Origin: Dickeya dadantii NCPPB 898
GTDB lineage: Bacteria > Pseudomonadota > Gammaproteobacteria > Enterobacterales > Enterobacteriaceae
Direction: 5' to 3'
Assembly (NCBI RefSeq): GCF_000406145.1
Contig: NZ_CM001976.1
Location: 3,582,132-3,614,131 of the forward strand
DNA: 32,000 bases
In this document: positions 19,553 through 30,552 of the stretch, piece after piece
How positions within the stretch are numbered: position 1 is the first letter of the stretch
Layout of the letters: the number at the start of each line of letters is the position of its first letter
The notes under the pieces: generated by a model
Told to the model about the DNA's origin: nothing
Seen by the model: only the letters and a program-made list of their open reading frames with translations
The model's database searches: none
Made by a program: the position numbers and the translations under genes

Positions 19553-19790
19553 GAGAGATCGTGAGATAAATTTAAACTGCACTATTAATATCAAAGCCAG
19601 ACGCTGGCGTCATGGTATCAATAGCTGATAAATAGCGGGTAATTGTGCCATTGAACATACACCCCTCCGTTTGCCCCGCCCGGTGCGGTTCTCCGCCTCT
19701 TGCGGATATCGCGCTGCTCTTAATAAAACTTGAAATCCGGGCCGGTAACTGTGATAACGTCATCTAATGAAAGATGAAACAGGTTGAATT

Positions 19791-20138
19791 ATGAAACATT
19801 CCGCGCTGGTGCTGCTCCTGCTCTCGCTGTTGGGCTTCTCCTCCGCCAGTAAGGCATTGAATGATTTCGAGGCTGAAGACCTCGCCGATCTGACCGCTAT
19901 TTTTGTTTATCTGAAAAACAACTGTGGCTACAAAGATCTCCCCAACGAGCAAATCCGTCGGGCGCTGGTGATCTTCGCCCAGCAAAATCGCTGGGATCTG
20001 AGCAACTACAATCAGTTCGATATGATCGCCCTTGGCGAAGCCAGTTACCGCGACCTGAGCGGGATCGCCATTCCCACCCCGAAAAAATGCCAGTATCTGG
20101 CACGAAACTCGCTCAGTTTACTCGCGAATACGCAGTAA
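19791..20138 (+). CDS. yacC: YacC family periplasmic protein (PulS/OutS-like family)
   Basis: 115 aa with a signal peptide. Colinear with E. coli YacC (AEDLADLTAIFVYLKNNCGYKDLPNEQIRRALVIFAQQN.WDLSNY). Confidence 0.88.
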   Translation: MKHSALVLLLLSLLGFSSASKALNDFEAEDLADLTAIFVYLKNNCGYKDLPNEQIRRALVIFAQQNRWDLSNYNQFDMIALGEASYRDLSGIAIPTPKKCQYLARNSLSLLANTQ

Positions 20139-20246
20139 AGCGTAAAATCCTCCGTATTGCGTGAAATTTGACCGTGCAAGCACCATGAGAGTTAGCTATC
20201 ATAGCGCGCCAATTTTCATGGCTGTTATCGCGGAGGAAGCCCTAAC

Positions 20247-21110
<864 letters not shown>

Positions 21111-21140
21111 TCACCGGCATCCATAAGGGGGTGAATTAAA

Positions 21141-21935
21141 TTGCAAAAGCTGAAACTACATGGCTTTAACAATCTGACCAAGAGCCTGAGTTTTTGTATC
21201 TACGATATCTGTTACGCCAAAACGCCTGCCGACCGCGATGGCTATATCGCGTACATTGATGAGCAGTACAATGCGAACCGTCTGACAGAAATCCTGAGTG
21301 AAACCTGCTCCATCATTGGCGCCAATGTGTTGAATATTGCCCGCCAGGATTATGAACCGCAGGGCGCCAGCGTCACTATTCTGGTCAGCGAGGAACCGAT
21401 GGACCCCCGCGATGTGGATACCTCCGAACATCCCGGTCCGCTGCCGAACTCCGTCGTCGCGCATCTCGACAAGAGCCATATTTGTGTGCACACCTATCCG
21501 GAAAGCCACCCCGGCGGCGGCCTGTGTACCTTCCGTGCGGATATCGAAGTGTCTACCTGTGGCGTCATTTCTCCGCTCAAGGCGCTCAACTATCTGATTC
21601 ACCAGCTGGAATCGGATATCGTGACCATCGACTATCGCGTGCGCGGTTTTACCCGCGACATCAACGGCGTCAAGCATTTCATCGACCACAAAATCAATTC
21701 GATTCAGAACTTCATGTCCGACGACATGAAATCGCTCTATCACCTGATGGACGTGAACGTTTACCAGGAAAACATTTTTCACACCAAAATGCTGCTGAAG
21801 GATTTCGACCTGAAGCACTACCTGTTTAACGTCAGTCCGGAAGAACTGAGCCCAGAAGAGCGCAAACGTATTACCGATTTGCTGTATCGCGAGATGCAGG
21901 AAATCTATTACGGCAGAAACATCGCAACCGTTTGA
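21141..21935 (+). CDS. speD: S-adenosylmethionine decarboxylase proenzyme (pyruvoyl-dependent)
   Basis: 264 aa with a TTG start and AAGGGGG Shine-Dalgarno at 21125-21131. Begins [27 protein letters not shown]. The [13 protein letters not shown] processing site is present. Confidence 0.97.
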   Translation: MQKLKLHGFNNLTKSLSFCIYDICYAKTPADRDGYIAYIDEQYNANRLTEILSETCSIIGANVLNIARQDYEPQGASVTILVSEEPMDPRDVDTSEHPGPLPNSVVAHLDKSHICVHTYPESHPGGGLCTFRADIEVSTCGVISPLKALNYLIHQLESDIVTIDYRVRGFTRDINGVKHFIDHKINSIQNFMSDDMKSLYHLMDVNVYQENIFHTKMLLKDFDLKHYLFNVSPEELSPEERKRITDLLYREMQEIYYGRNIATV

Positions 21936-21942
21936 CCATTCA

Positions 21943-21972
21943 CCTGAGGGCGCCCGCCCTCAGGCTTTCTTC
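21943..21972 (+). terminator. Terminator of the speED operon
   Basis: Stem CCTGAGGG (21943-21950) / CCCTCAGG (21957-21964) with loop CGCCCG, followed by CTTTCTTC. Confidence 0.6.
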
Positions 21973-22009
21973 ACCGCCATCTTCCCATATTGGGTTCACC
22001 TCACCAAAA

Positions 22010-22056
22010 CCTCTATATATTGCGTGGTTGATATTTTAAAACACAATATCTAGTAT
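22010..22056 (+). promoter_or_regulatory. nrdHIEF promoter (-35 TTGATA, 17-bp spacer, -10 TAGTAT) overlapped by two NrdR boxes
   Basis: -35 at 22028-22033 and -10 at 22051-22056. Box 1 CCTCTATATATTGCGT (22010-22025) and box 2 ACACAATATCTAGTAT (22041-22056) match the NrdR consensus acaCwAtATaTwGtgt. Box starts are 31 bp apart. Confidence 0.65.
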
Positions 22057-22150
22057 TCATGACAAGACTGGCCGACGTGCTTCATCAGGTACAGGTTCTT
22101 GAACAGTACGCTATCGCCCCTTTTTTACTCAAAAAAAGGTAATACGAATC

Positions 22151-22384
22151 ATGACTATTAGTGTTTACAGCAAACCAGACTGCCCTCAATGCGACGCCAC
22201 CTGCCGCACGCTGGATAACTATGGCGTGACCTACCGCAAGGTCGATATCTCCTGCGATGAGCAGGCGCGGGAGCATGTCCTGGCGCTCGGCTACCGTCAG
22301 GTGCCGGTGGTGGAAACCGACGGGGCGCATTGGTGTGGTTTCCGTCCGGATAAACTCAGTTCTCTACGCGCCGTCACCGCCTGA
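22151..22384 (+). CDS. nrdH: Glutaredoxin-like protein NrdH
   Basis: 77 aa with CPQC redox motif, the VPVV motif and WCGFRPDK (E. coli WSGFRPD). Confidence 0.95.
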   Translation: MTISVYSKPDCPQCDATCRTLDNYGVTYRKVDISCDEQAREHVLALGYRQVPVVETDGAHWCGFRPDKLSSLRAVTA

Positions 22385-22391
22385 GATTACG

Positions 22392-22802
22392 ATGATGAAT
22401 CCGATCATCTATTTCTCCAGCCAGTCGGAAAACACGCATCGGTTCGTCTGTCGTCTGGGATTACCGGCGATGCGGATACCGCTGCAGGCCGATGCGCCGA
22501 TGCCGGATATCGCCAGTCCGTACATTCTGGTGGTGCCCAGTTACGGCGGTGGCGGCACCCGAGGGGCGGTGCCCCGTCAGGTTATCCACTTTCTCAACCA
22601 ATCATCGCGTCGTGCGTTGCTGCGCGGCGTCATCGCCGCCGGAAACCGCAACTTTGGCGCCGCCTACGCCATCGCCGGCGACATTATCGCCGCCAAATGC
22701 CAGGTTCCCTGCCTTTACCGCTTTGAGCTGTCTGGCACCCCGGAAGATGTAAACAACGTACGCAGAGGAGTGAACCAATTTTGGCTACAGCAGAATTCCT
22801 GA
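22392..22802 (+). CDS. nrdI: Class Ib ribonucleotide reductase flavodoxin-like protein NrdI
   Basis: 136 aa beginning [18 protein letters not shown], with [13 protein letters not shown] and NRNFG. The ORF-track start at 22257 overlaps nrdH and is not supported. Confidence 0.95.
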   Translation: MMNPIIYFSSQSENTHRFVCRLGLPAMRIPLQADAPMPDIASPYILVVPSYGGGGTRGAVPRQVIHFLNQSSRRALLRGVIAAGNRNFGAAYAIAGDIIAAKCQVPCLYRFELSGTPEDVNNVRRGVNQFWLQQNS

Positions 22803-24928
22803 CCGACGCGCCTTCCAGCCAGCTGGATTACCATGCGCTCAACGCCATGCTGAACATCTACGACGCCGACGGCCGTATTCAGTTTGAGCAGGATCGGCAG
22901 GCCATTCAGGTCTATTTCCGCGACCATGTGCTGCCGCGCACCCGCCATTTCCCGTCTCTGGAAGAGAAATTACGCTGGCTGCAACAGGAAGGGTATTACG
23001 AGCCCCAGGTACTGGCACGCTACCAGTTGGACTTCATCGTCGAACTGTTCCAGCGCGCGGCCGAACATCGCTACCAGTTCCAAAGCTTTCTGGGTGCCTT
23101 CAAGTTTTACACCAGCTATGCGCTGAAAACCTTCGACGGCAGCCAGTATCTGGAAAGCTATGACGACCGGGCCTGCATGGTGGCGCTGACGCTGGCGCAA
23201 GGCGACACGAAACTGGCCCGTCAACTGGTGGATGAAATGATGAGCGGCCGCTTCCAGCCTGCCACGCCGACTTTCCTCAATTGCGGCAAACAGCAGCGCG
23301 GCGAGCTGGTGTCCTGCTTTCTGCTACGTATCGAGGACAACATGGAGTCCATCGGCCGGGCGGTCAATTCGGCGCTGCAACTCTCCAAACGCGGCGGCGG
23401 CGTAGCCTTTATGCTGACCAATATCCGTGAAACCGGCGCGCCGATAAAACGCATCGAAAACCAGTCATCCGGCGTCATTCCGATCATGAAAATGCTGGAG
23501 GACGCATTTTCCTACGCCAATCAGCTCGGTGCCCGCCAGGGAGCCGGAGCGGTTTACCTGCACGCCCATCACCCGGATATCCTGCGTTTTCTTGATACCC
23601 GCCGGGAAAACGCCGACGAGAAAATCCGCATCAAAACCCTGTCGCTGGGAGTGGTCATTCCGGACATTACGCTGCGGCTGGCCCGCGCCAATCAGGATAT
23701 GCACCTGTTTTCACCCTATGACGTTGAGCGGGTGTATGGCATGCCGCTGTCGGAAATCAGCGTCAGCGAAAAATACGATGAACTGGTCAGCCATCCCGGT
23801 ATTCGCAAATGGACCCTCAACGCCCGCCAGTTTTTCCAGACGCTGGCCGAGATCCAGTTTGAATCCGGTTACCCCTACCTGATGTTCGAAGATACCGTGA
23901 ACCGCCACAACCCGGTGGCCGGCCGCATCACCATGAGCAACCTGTGCTCGGAAATTTTGCAGGTCAGCCGCGCCAGCGAGTATCAGGAGGATTTGAATTA
24001 TCGTCAGGTCGGGAAGGACATTTCCTGTAACCTCGGGTCGCTCAATATCGCCCGTGTGATGGATGGCGGCAACCTGGCCCGATCAGTGGAAATCGCCGTG
24101 CGGGCGCTGACAGCGGTGTCCGACATGAGCCATATCGGCGCGGTGCCGTCTATCGCCAACGGCAATACTGAGTCTCACGCCATCGGGCTGGGGCAGATGA
24201 ACCTGCACGGCTATCTGGCGCGCGAAGGGTTGTTTTACGGTTCAGAAGAAGCGCTGGATTTTACCAACCTTTATTTTTACGCCGTGACGTATCACGCCTT
24301 GCGCACCTCCAGCCTGCTGGCACAAGAGCGTAACCAAACCTTCGCCGGGTTCGCCGATTCGCAGTACGCCAGCGGCGCGTTTTTTGATCGTTATCTGTCG
24401 CAAGAGTGGCAGCCGGTCACGGAGCGTGTGCGCGAACTATTCGCTTGCGCCGGCATTACGCTGCCTTTACCAGAAGACTGGCTGGCGCTAAAAGCGCAGG
24501 TGATGCGCCACGGACTCTACAATCAGAACCTACAGGCGGTGCCGCCCACCGGTTCGATTTCCTATATCAATCATGCCACGGCGAGCATCCACCCGATTGT
24601 TTCGCGCATCGAGATCCGCAAGGAAGGCAAGCTGGGACGGGTTTACTACCCTGCCCCGTACATGACTAACGACAACCAACGCTTTTATCAGGACGCCTAT
24701 GAGATCGGTCCGGAGAAAATCATCGACACCTACGCCGTGGCGACCCGCCATGTCGATCAAGGGCTGTCGCTGACGTTATTTTTCCCCGATACCGCCACCA
24801 CCCGCGATATCAACAAAGCGCAGATCTATGCCTGGAAAAAAGGCATCAAGACCCTGTACTACATTCGCGTACGCCAAAAAGCGCTGGAAGGCACCGAGAT
24901 CCAGGGCTGTGTGTCCTGCTCGCTGTAA
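22781..24928 (+). CDS. nrdE: Class Ib ribonucleoside-diphosphate reductase alpha subunit
   Basis: 715 aa with a TTG start and AGAGGAG Shine-Dalgarno at 22764-22770. It overlaps nrdI by 22 nt. Conserved NLCSEI and the C-terminal CVSCSL, colinear with E. coli NrdE. Confidence 0.97.
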   Translation: MATAEFLTDAPSSQLDYHALNAMLNIYDADGRIQFEQDRQAIQVYFRDHVLPRTRHFPSLEEKLRWLQQEGYYEPQVLARYQLDFIVELFQRAAEHRYQFQSFLGAFKFYTSYALKTFDGSQYLESYDDRACMVALTLAQGDTKLARQLVDEMMSGRFQPATPTFLNCGKQQRGELVSCFLLRIEDNMESIGRAVNSALQLSKRGGGVAFMLTNIRETGAPIKRIENQSSGVIPIMKMLEDAFSYANQLGARQGAGAVYLHAHHPDILRFLDTRRENADEKIRIKTLSLGVVIPDITLRLARANQDMHLFSPYDVERVYGMPLSEISVSEKYDELVSHPGIRKWTLNARQFFQTLAEIQFESGYPYLMFEDTVNRHNPVAGRITMSNLCSEILQVSRASEYQEDLNYRQVGKDISCNLGSLNIARVMDGGNLARSVEIAVRALTAVSDMSHIGAVPSIANGNTESHAIGLGQMNLHGYLAREGLFYGSEEALDFTNLYFYAVTYHALRTSSLLAQERNQTFAGFADSQYASGAFFDRYLSQEWQPVTERVRELFACAGITLPLPEDWLALKAQVMRHGLYNQNLQAVPPTGSISYINHATASIHPIVSRIEIRKEGKLGRVYYPAPYMTNDNQRFYQDAYEIGPEKIIDTYAVATRHVDQGLSLTLFFPDTATTRDINKAQIYAWKKGIKTLYYIRVRQKALEGTEIQGCVSCSL

Positions 24929-25945
<1,017 letters not shown>

Positions 25946-25959
25946 GTCCCAGAAACGAA

Positions 25960-25989
25960 GAAGCCCTGAATCAGATGATTCAGGGCTTC
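25960..25989. terminator. Shared hairpin terminator between nrdF (+) and tRNA-Asp (-)
   Basis: 13-bp stem GAAGCCCTGAATC / GATTCAGGGCTTC with loop AGAT. On the minus strand it is followed by TTCGTTTCT; there is no U tract on the plus strand. Confidence 0.65.
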
Positions 25990-25997
25990 GGAATGGT

Positions 25998-26074
25998 TGG
26001 CGGTGCGGACGGGACTCGAACCCGCGACCCCCGGCGTGACAGGCCGGTATTCTAACCGACTGAACTACCGCACC
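25998..26074 (-). tRNA. aspV: tRNA-Asp (anticodon GUC)
   Basis: 77 nt: GGTGCGGTAGTTCAGTCGGTTAGAATACCGGCCTGTCACGCCGGGGGTCGCGGGTTCGAGTCCCGTCCGCACCGCCA. It has a cloverleaf, a GTC anticodon and an encoded CCA. The symbol is assigned by synteny, downstream of dnaQ. Confidence 0.97.
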
Positions 26075-26099
26075 GCGCTGTGCTCAGTGAGCGAGGTGC

Positions 26100-26128
26100 A
26101 TACTACGGTCCGCCATCGGTTGCGTCAA
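26100..26128 (-). promoter_or_regulatory. Sigma-70 promoter of tRNA-Asp
   Basis: Minus strand reads AAAAAGCG-TTGACG-17 nt-TAGTAT-GCACCTCGC. There is an A-rich upstream element and a GC-rich discriminator. The -10 lies about 25 nt upstream of the mature tRNA 5' end. Confidence 0.6.
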
Positions 26129-26204
26129 CGCTTTTTATCACTAACCACTTCTGTTTGCTTACATTTTCAGCGTGCCGCCGTCTTTGTGATCAACGGCCAC
26201 AAAC

Positions 26205-26939
26205 TCAGTTACGCCACAGGCAACTGCCGCCTTTTTTCATAATCAGATCCAGACGTTGTTCATGCGCCGCCAATTCTTCGTCACTGGCATACAATACCGC
26301 CAAAGCCGACGCCGGGCGTGCAATACGCTGTATGGTTTCCGTTTGCGCCGTCTGCTGCTGGGTATCTCCCTCCATCGAGAAGGCCAGCGACGTTTGACCA
26401 CCGGTCATCGCCAGATAAACTTCGGCCAGAATTTCGGCATCGAGTAACGCGCCGTGCAGCGTACGCTTGCTGTTATCTATCTGGTAACGATCGCACAACG
26501 CATCCAGGTTATTACGCTTGCCGGGGAATAACCGGCGCGCCATCTGCAGGCTATCGGTGATGGTGCAAAACGTCTCGGTTTTCGGGATATCGCGCTTCAG
26601 CAACCGAAACTCATAGTCCATAAAGCCGATATCAAACGTCGCGTTATGGATCACCAGCTCGGCACCGCGAATGAAATCGAGAAAATCATCGACGACATCG
26701 CCGTAAGTCGGCTTATCCGCCAGAAATTCATCACTGATGCCGTGAACGTTATAGGCTTCCGGGTCCACCAGCCGGTCCGGTTTGAGGTAGACATGGAAGT
26801 GACGCCCGGTCAGACGACGGTTTATCACCTCGACCGCACCGATCTCAATAATCTTGTGCCCTTCATAGTGAACCCCCAGTTTGTTCATACCGGTGGTTTC
26901 CGTATCAAGAACGATTTGTCGTGTAATTGCAGTGCTCAT
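26205..26939 (-). CDS. dnaQ: DNA polymerase III epsilon subunit (3'-5' proofreading exonuclease)
   Basis: 244 aa with Exo motifs [17 protein letters not shown] and [15 protein letters not shown]-terminal KKGGSCLWR matches E. coli. Confidence 0.97.
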   Translation of the reverse strand: MSTAITRQIVLDTETTGMNKLGVHYEGHKIIEIGAVEVINRRLTGRHFHVYLKPDRLVDPEAYNVHGISDEFLADKPTYGDVVDDFLDFIRGAELVIHNATFDIGFMDYEFRLLKRDIPKTETFCTITDSLQMARRLFPGKRNNLDALCDRYQIDNSKRTLHGALLDAEILAEVYLAMTGGQTSLAFSMEGDTQQQTAQTETIQRIARPASALAVLYASDEELAAHEQRLDLIMKKGGSCLWRN

Positions 26940-26994
26940 CGGTTTCGTTTATGTCAGACTTGTACTTTTGACCATGAATAAGAGTCTACCAGAG

Positions 26995-27459
26995 ATGCTA
27001 AAACAGGTAGAGATTTTCACCGACGGATCCTGCCTCGGCAATCCCGGCCCGGGTGGATATGGGGCGCTGCTGCGTTACAAGCAGCACGAAAAAACCCTCA
27101 GCGCAGGTTACCGGCTCACCACCAATAACCGGATGGAATTGATGGCGGCGATCGTCGCGCTGGAAACCCTGACCACACCTTGCGACGTGACCATCAGCAC
27201 CGACAGCCAATACGTCCGTCAGGGCATAACCAGTTGGATCCACAACTGGAAAAAGCGCGGCTGGAAAACCGCGGAGAAAAAACCGGTGAAAAACGTCGAC
27301 CTGTGGCAACGGCTGGATCAAGCTATTCAGCGTCATACCTTGCACTGGCAATGGGTGAAAGGCCATGCCGGCCATCCGGAGAACGAACGCTGCGATGAAC
27401 TGGCTCGCCAGGCTGCCAGCGCACCCACCCTTGATGACACCGGTTATCAACCGGAGTAG
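26995..27459 (+). CDS. rnhA: Ribonuclease HI
   Basis: 154 aa beginning [23 protein letters not shown], colinear with E. coli RnhA. It is divergent from dnaQ with a 55-bp spacer. The ORF-track start at 26881 overlaps dnaQ and is rejected. Confidence 0.96.
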   Translation: MLKQVEIFTDGSCLGNPGPGGYGALLRYKQHEKTLSAGYRLTTNNRMELMAAIVALETLTTPCDVTISTDSQYVRQGITSWIHNWKKRGWKTAEKKPVKNVDLWQRLDQAIQRHTLHWQWVKGHAGHPENERCDELARQAASAPTLDDTGYQPE

Positions 27460-27494
27460 CCTCAACCATAATAAACCAGCCTCCCGACCGGCGG

Positions 27495-28217
27495 TCAGTC
27501 ATGCCGATAACGATAGCTTTTCGTCGCCCCCACCGGGCGATTTAACGGCGATTTCCTCAGTCGGGATTTGGTCGGCGTCATCGTCAGCGGAATCGTGCGT
27601 TTGCGCGCAACAATCAGATTCAGACAGCCCAGCAGTGGCAGCGTATTGTTCCACTTGCCTTGCCCGGGTTGACGCCAGGGCAGCACCTGCAAACTGTTAT
27701 GATGTACAATCTCGTAATTCAACAGGCTCAGCCAGTCCATCACCCGCATCTGGCTGAACATCCGGCTGCAATACGGCTGGCGCCGGCGCATACCGGGCAC
27801 CAAACGCCCCAGCCCAACCAAACTGACCGGATTGAACCCGCTGATGATGACCCAGCCATCGTTAATCAAGATTCGGTCCACTTCGCGCACAATCCGGTGA
27901 GGATCGGCGGAATAAGCCAGTACATGGGCCAGCAGACAGGCATCCACCGATTTCTCGACAAACGGCAGTTGGTAGGGGTCAGCCATGACATGCGCCGCCT
28001 GCGGCTCACGACTGACGTTGACCTGATGCGGAATCGTACATATCTGGCTGTCAATCGCCGTGCTCAACCGACCGATTTTCAGCAGATGAAAGCCAAAAAT
28101 CCGACTCCACCAGGGGGCCAGCGCCGTATTCAGCGTATGAAGATAGTGCTCTCCCCAGGGAATCGCTTCCCAACTATCAGGCGCTACGATCTTCTGGGAT
28201 GTTTGTGCTGGCTTCAT
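27495..28217 (-). CDS. yafS: SAM-dependent methyltransferase YafS
   Basis: 240 aa, colinear with E. coli YafS (GFHLLKIG, LPF..KSVD.CLLAH, DGW.ISGFNP). Confidence 0.9.
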   Translation of the reverse strand: MKPAQTSQKIVAPDSWEAIPWGEHYLHTLNTALAPWWSRIFGFHLLKIGRLSTAIDSQICTIPHQVNVSREPQAAHVMADPYQLPFVEKSVDACLLAHVLAYSADPHRIVREVDRILINDGWVIISGFNPVSLVGLGRLVPGMRRRQPYCSRMFSQMRVMDWLSLLNYEIVHHNSLQVLPWRQPGQGKWNNTLPLLGCLNLIVARKRTIPLTMTPTKSRLRKSPLNRPVGATKSYRYRHD

Positions 28218-28263
28218 GTTTTAGTATCTTCCGCAGGCTAATCGCAAAAAATGAGGATGCAGC

Positions 28264-29019
28264 ATGAATCTTATCAGTGTACCGGCCTTCAAAGACAACT
28301 ACATCTGGCTGCTGGCCAACGATGAAAAGCAATGCGTGATTGTGGATCCAGGCGAAGCCGCCCCCGTGCTACAGGCGTTGGAATATCACAGATTGTTCCC
28401 TGCAGCCATCCTGTTGACCCATCACCATAACGATCACACAGGCGGCGTCCGCCAACTGGCGGAACACTACCCCGGCATACAAATTTACGGTCCACAGGAA
28501 ACCAAACCGTGTGGCGTGACACATACAGTACAGGAAGGTGACATCATTGCTGCGGCCGGCTCGGAATTTTCTATTTTTTTCGTGCCCGGGCACACCGCAG
28601 GACATATCGCGTATCATAGCCATCCATATTTGTTCTGCGGCGATACGTTATTTTCTGCTGGGTGCGGTCGCATTTTTGAAGGTACAGCACAACAAATGTT
28701 CGAATCATTGATCAAGTTGGCTGATTTACCCGATGAAACCCAAGTATGTTGTGCGCATGAGTACACATTATCCAATCTGGAGTTCGCGCACCACGTTTGG
28801 CCAGAAGATGCGGATATTCATGATTACCTACTTAAAATCAGGCAATTACATGAAAAAGGAGAATCATCTCTCCCTTCCACACTGGGGCAGGAACGAAGAA
28901 TAAATATTTTTTTACGTTACCATGACATTGATTTGCAAAGAAAATTGTCCATTAACACGGACCACAAGGGTGGTTGGCATATTTTTGCGCACTTACGCGC
29001 CATGAAAGACCGATTCTGA
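28264..29019 (+). CDS. gloB: Hydroxyacylglutathione hydrolase (glyoxalase II)
   Basis: 251 aa with metallo-beta-lactamase motif [10 protein letters not shown], plus PGHTAGH and CAHEYT. Confidence 0.96.
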   Translation: MNLISVPAFKDNYIWLLANDEKQCVIVDPGEAAPVLQALEYHRLFPAAILLTHHHNDHTGGVRQLAEHYPGIQIYGPQETKPCGVTHTVQEGDIIAAAGSEFSIFFVPGHTAGHIAYHSHPYLFCGDTLFSAGCGRIFEGTAQQMFESLIKLADLPDETQVCCAHEYTLSNLEFAHHVWPEDADIHDYLLKIRQLHEKGESSLPSTLGQERRINIFLRYHDIDLQRKLSINTDHKGGWHIFAHLRAMKDRF

Positions 29020-29089
29020 CGGTTTTTGTTGTACTGAATTGCCAATCAAAGTATCATTGTTTGTCTTTTAAGCAACTATTGACACATAT

Positions 29090-30490
29090 ATGAAGACTAA
29101 AGCGATATTTATCGCCTCAGTCGTGCTGACAGGGTGCCAGGTGCCGCCTAACGACACCTCCCAACCCAGACAGCATGCACAGAGTCTGTCTTCGGCTGGT
29201 CAAAGTGAAGCAGGAAAGTACACAGATAGTCGAGAGACCGGGACGCGGTGGCTGGATGATGAAAGCATCGCGCAACGAGATCTGTGGAACTTCATTGGCG
29301 ACGAGCTGAAGATGGAGGTTCCGGAAAATATCCGGATCCGCGAGCAAAAACAGCGTTACTTAAAAAATAAGAGCTATCTCCACGATGTAACATTACGGGC
29401 AGAGCCGTACATGTACTGGATAGTCGGGCAGATTAAAGAACGTAAGATGCCGATGGAACTGGTACTGCTACCCATAGTGGAGAGCGCTTTTGACCCAAAC
29501 GCCAGGTCATCATCCAACGCCGTAGGGCTTTGGCAGATTGTTCCTGGCACCGGGCGCAATTATGGGTTGAAACACACCCAATGGTATGACGGGCGTCGTG
29601 ATGTTGTTGCATCCACGACCGCTGCATTGGATATGATGCAGCGCCTGAACCGCATGTTTGACGGCGACTGGTTACTGACCGTGGCTGCCTACAACGCGGG
29701 TGAAGGGCGAATCATGCAAGCGGTGAAAGCGAATAAAGCGAAAGGCCGTCCAACTAATTATTGGGCGCTGGCGTTGCCGTATGAAACGTCAACCTATGTG
29801 CCCAAAATGTTGGCGCTGAGCGATATTCTCAAACACAGCAAAAAATACGGAGTTGAACTGCCGAAACCCAATGAGAATCGTGCTCTGGCGCGAGTAGATC
29901 TGGGTCAGCAGATGGAGTTGACGCAAGCAGCTGAACTGGCGGGGTTATCTGTTACCAAGCTGAAGAGCTACAACACGGGTTACACACGTGATGTCACTGC
30001 GCCGAACGGGCCGCATTACATTATGGTACCCAAGTCTCATGTGGGACAGTTGAAAGACTCGCTGGCAGACGGTGACATTGCCGCCATCCAACCGGCTAAA
30101 GCCGTACAGCCGGTAGTGTCGACTCGCTCTGTTGGATACAAAGTTCGCTCTGGTGATACGTTATCGAGCATCGCCAAGCGAATGAATGTCCGTACGCAGG
30201 ATCTGCAAAGCTGGAATCGCCTCAAGGGCAGCGCTCTGAAGGTGGGTCAAACATTGCAGGTTGCCAAAGCAACGGTACCCGTGACGGCAGGTATCGCAGC
30301 AAACAGCAACAAGTCGAACTCGATTGTTTATCAGGTTCGCAAGGGTGATTCGCTGGCAAGCATTGCCAAACGCCATGGCGTTAACATTGCTGATGTCATG
30401 CGCTGGAATACGGTCATCAAAGATGCCAACCTCCAGCCGGGCGATAGGCTGACACTTTATGTCACCAACAGACAATCACCAGACTCCTGA
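29090..30490 (+). CDS. mltD: Membrane-bound lytic murein transglycosylase D
   Basis: 466 aa with lipobox LTGC. SLT domain includes the catalytic Glu context PIVESAFDP. Two LysM repeats (YKVRSGDTLSSIAKR and YQVRKGDSLASIAKRHG). Confidence 0.96.
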   Translation: MKTKAIFIASVVLTGCQVPPNDTSQPRQHAQSLSSAGQSEAGKYTDSRETGTRWLDDESIAQRDLWNFIGDELKMEVPENIRIREQKQRYLKNKSYLHDVTLRAEPYMYWIVGQIKERKMPMELVLLPIVESAFDPNARSSSNAVGLWQIVPGTGRNYGLKHTQWYDGRRDVVASTTAALDMMQRLNRMFDGDWLLTVAAYNAGEGRIMQAVKANKAKGRPTNYWALALPYETSTYVPKMLALSDILKHSKKYGVELPKPNENRALARVDLGQQMELTQAAELAGLSVTKLKSYNTGYTRDVTAPNGPHYIMVPKSHVGQLKDSLADGDIAAIQPAKAVQPVVSTRSVGYKVRSGDTLSSIAKRMNVRTQDLQSWNRLKGSALKVGQTLQVAKATVPVTAGIAANSNKSNSIVYQVRKGDSLASIAKRHGVNIADVMRWNTVIKDANLQPGDRLTLYVTNRQSPDS

Positions 30491-30502
30491 TACCGGTAAA
30501 TA

Positions 30503-30537
30503 ATAAAAAAAACCGCCATTACGGCGGTTTTTTTTAT
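30503..30537. terminator. Bidirectional rho-independent terminator between mltD (+) and yafD (-)
   Basis: A8-ACCGCC-ATTAC-GGCGGT-T8. The hairpin is flanked symmetrically by A and T runs. Confidence 0.85.
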
Positions 30538-30552
30538 TGTCGCAGTAGGGAA

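Noticed and set aside
19595-19690. Possible degenerate TPP (thi-box) riboswitch upstream of the ThiP/FbpB-like permease. The minus strand reads GGGGTG...GGC...ACCCG...GCCAGCG in the same order as the thi-box.
   Set aside because: The universally conserved CUGAGA pyrimidine-sensor element and the terminal AGGGA are absent. The spacings differ, and the CCAG/CUGG helix is in the opposite order. The similarity could be chance; only a covariance-model search (Rfam RF00059) could revive the idea.
19640-19700. Glycine-riboswitch-like string GGAGAACCGCACCGGGCGGGGCAAAC on the minus strand.
   Set aside because: It lacks the CCGAAGG core, a proper P2 hairpin and the CUCUCAGGCAAAAGGAC closing segment. 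Only short G-rich words match.
22028-22046. Fur box in the nrdHIEF promoter (TGATATTTTAAAACACAAT).
   Set aside because: Only about 11 of 19 positions match the Fur consensus, which is not better than expected for AT-rich promoter DNA.
25997-26242. ORFs running through the tRNA-Asp genes (25997-26242 on the plus strand, 31477-31683 on the minus strand).
   Set aside because: They are translations of tRNA, terminator and promoter sequence. Both share the same peptide (RTGLEPATPGVTGRYSNRLNYRT) only because the tRNA is duplicated.
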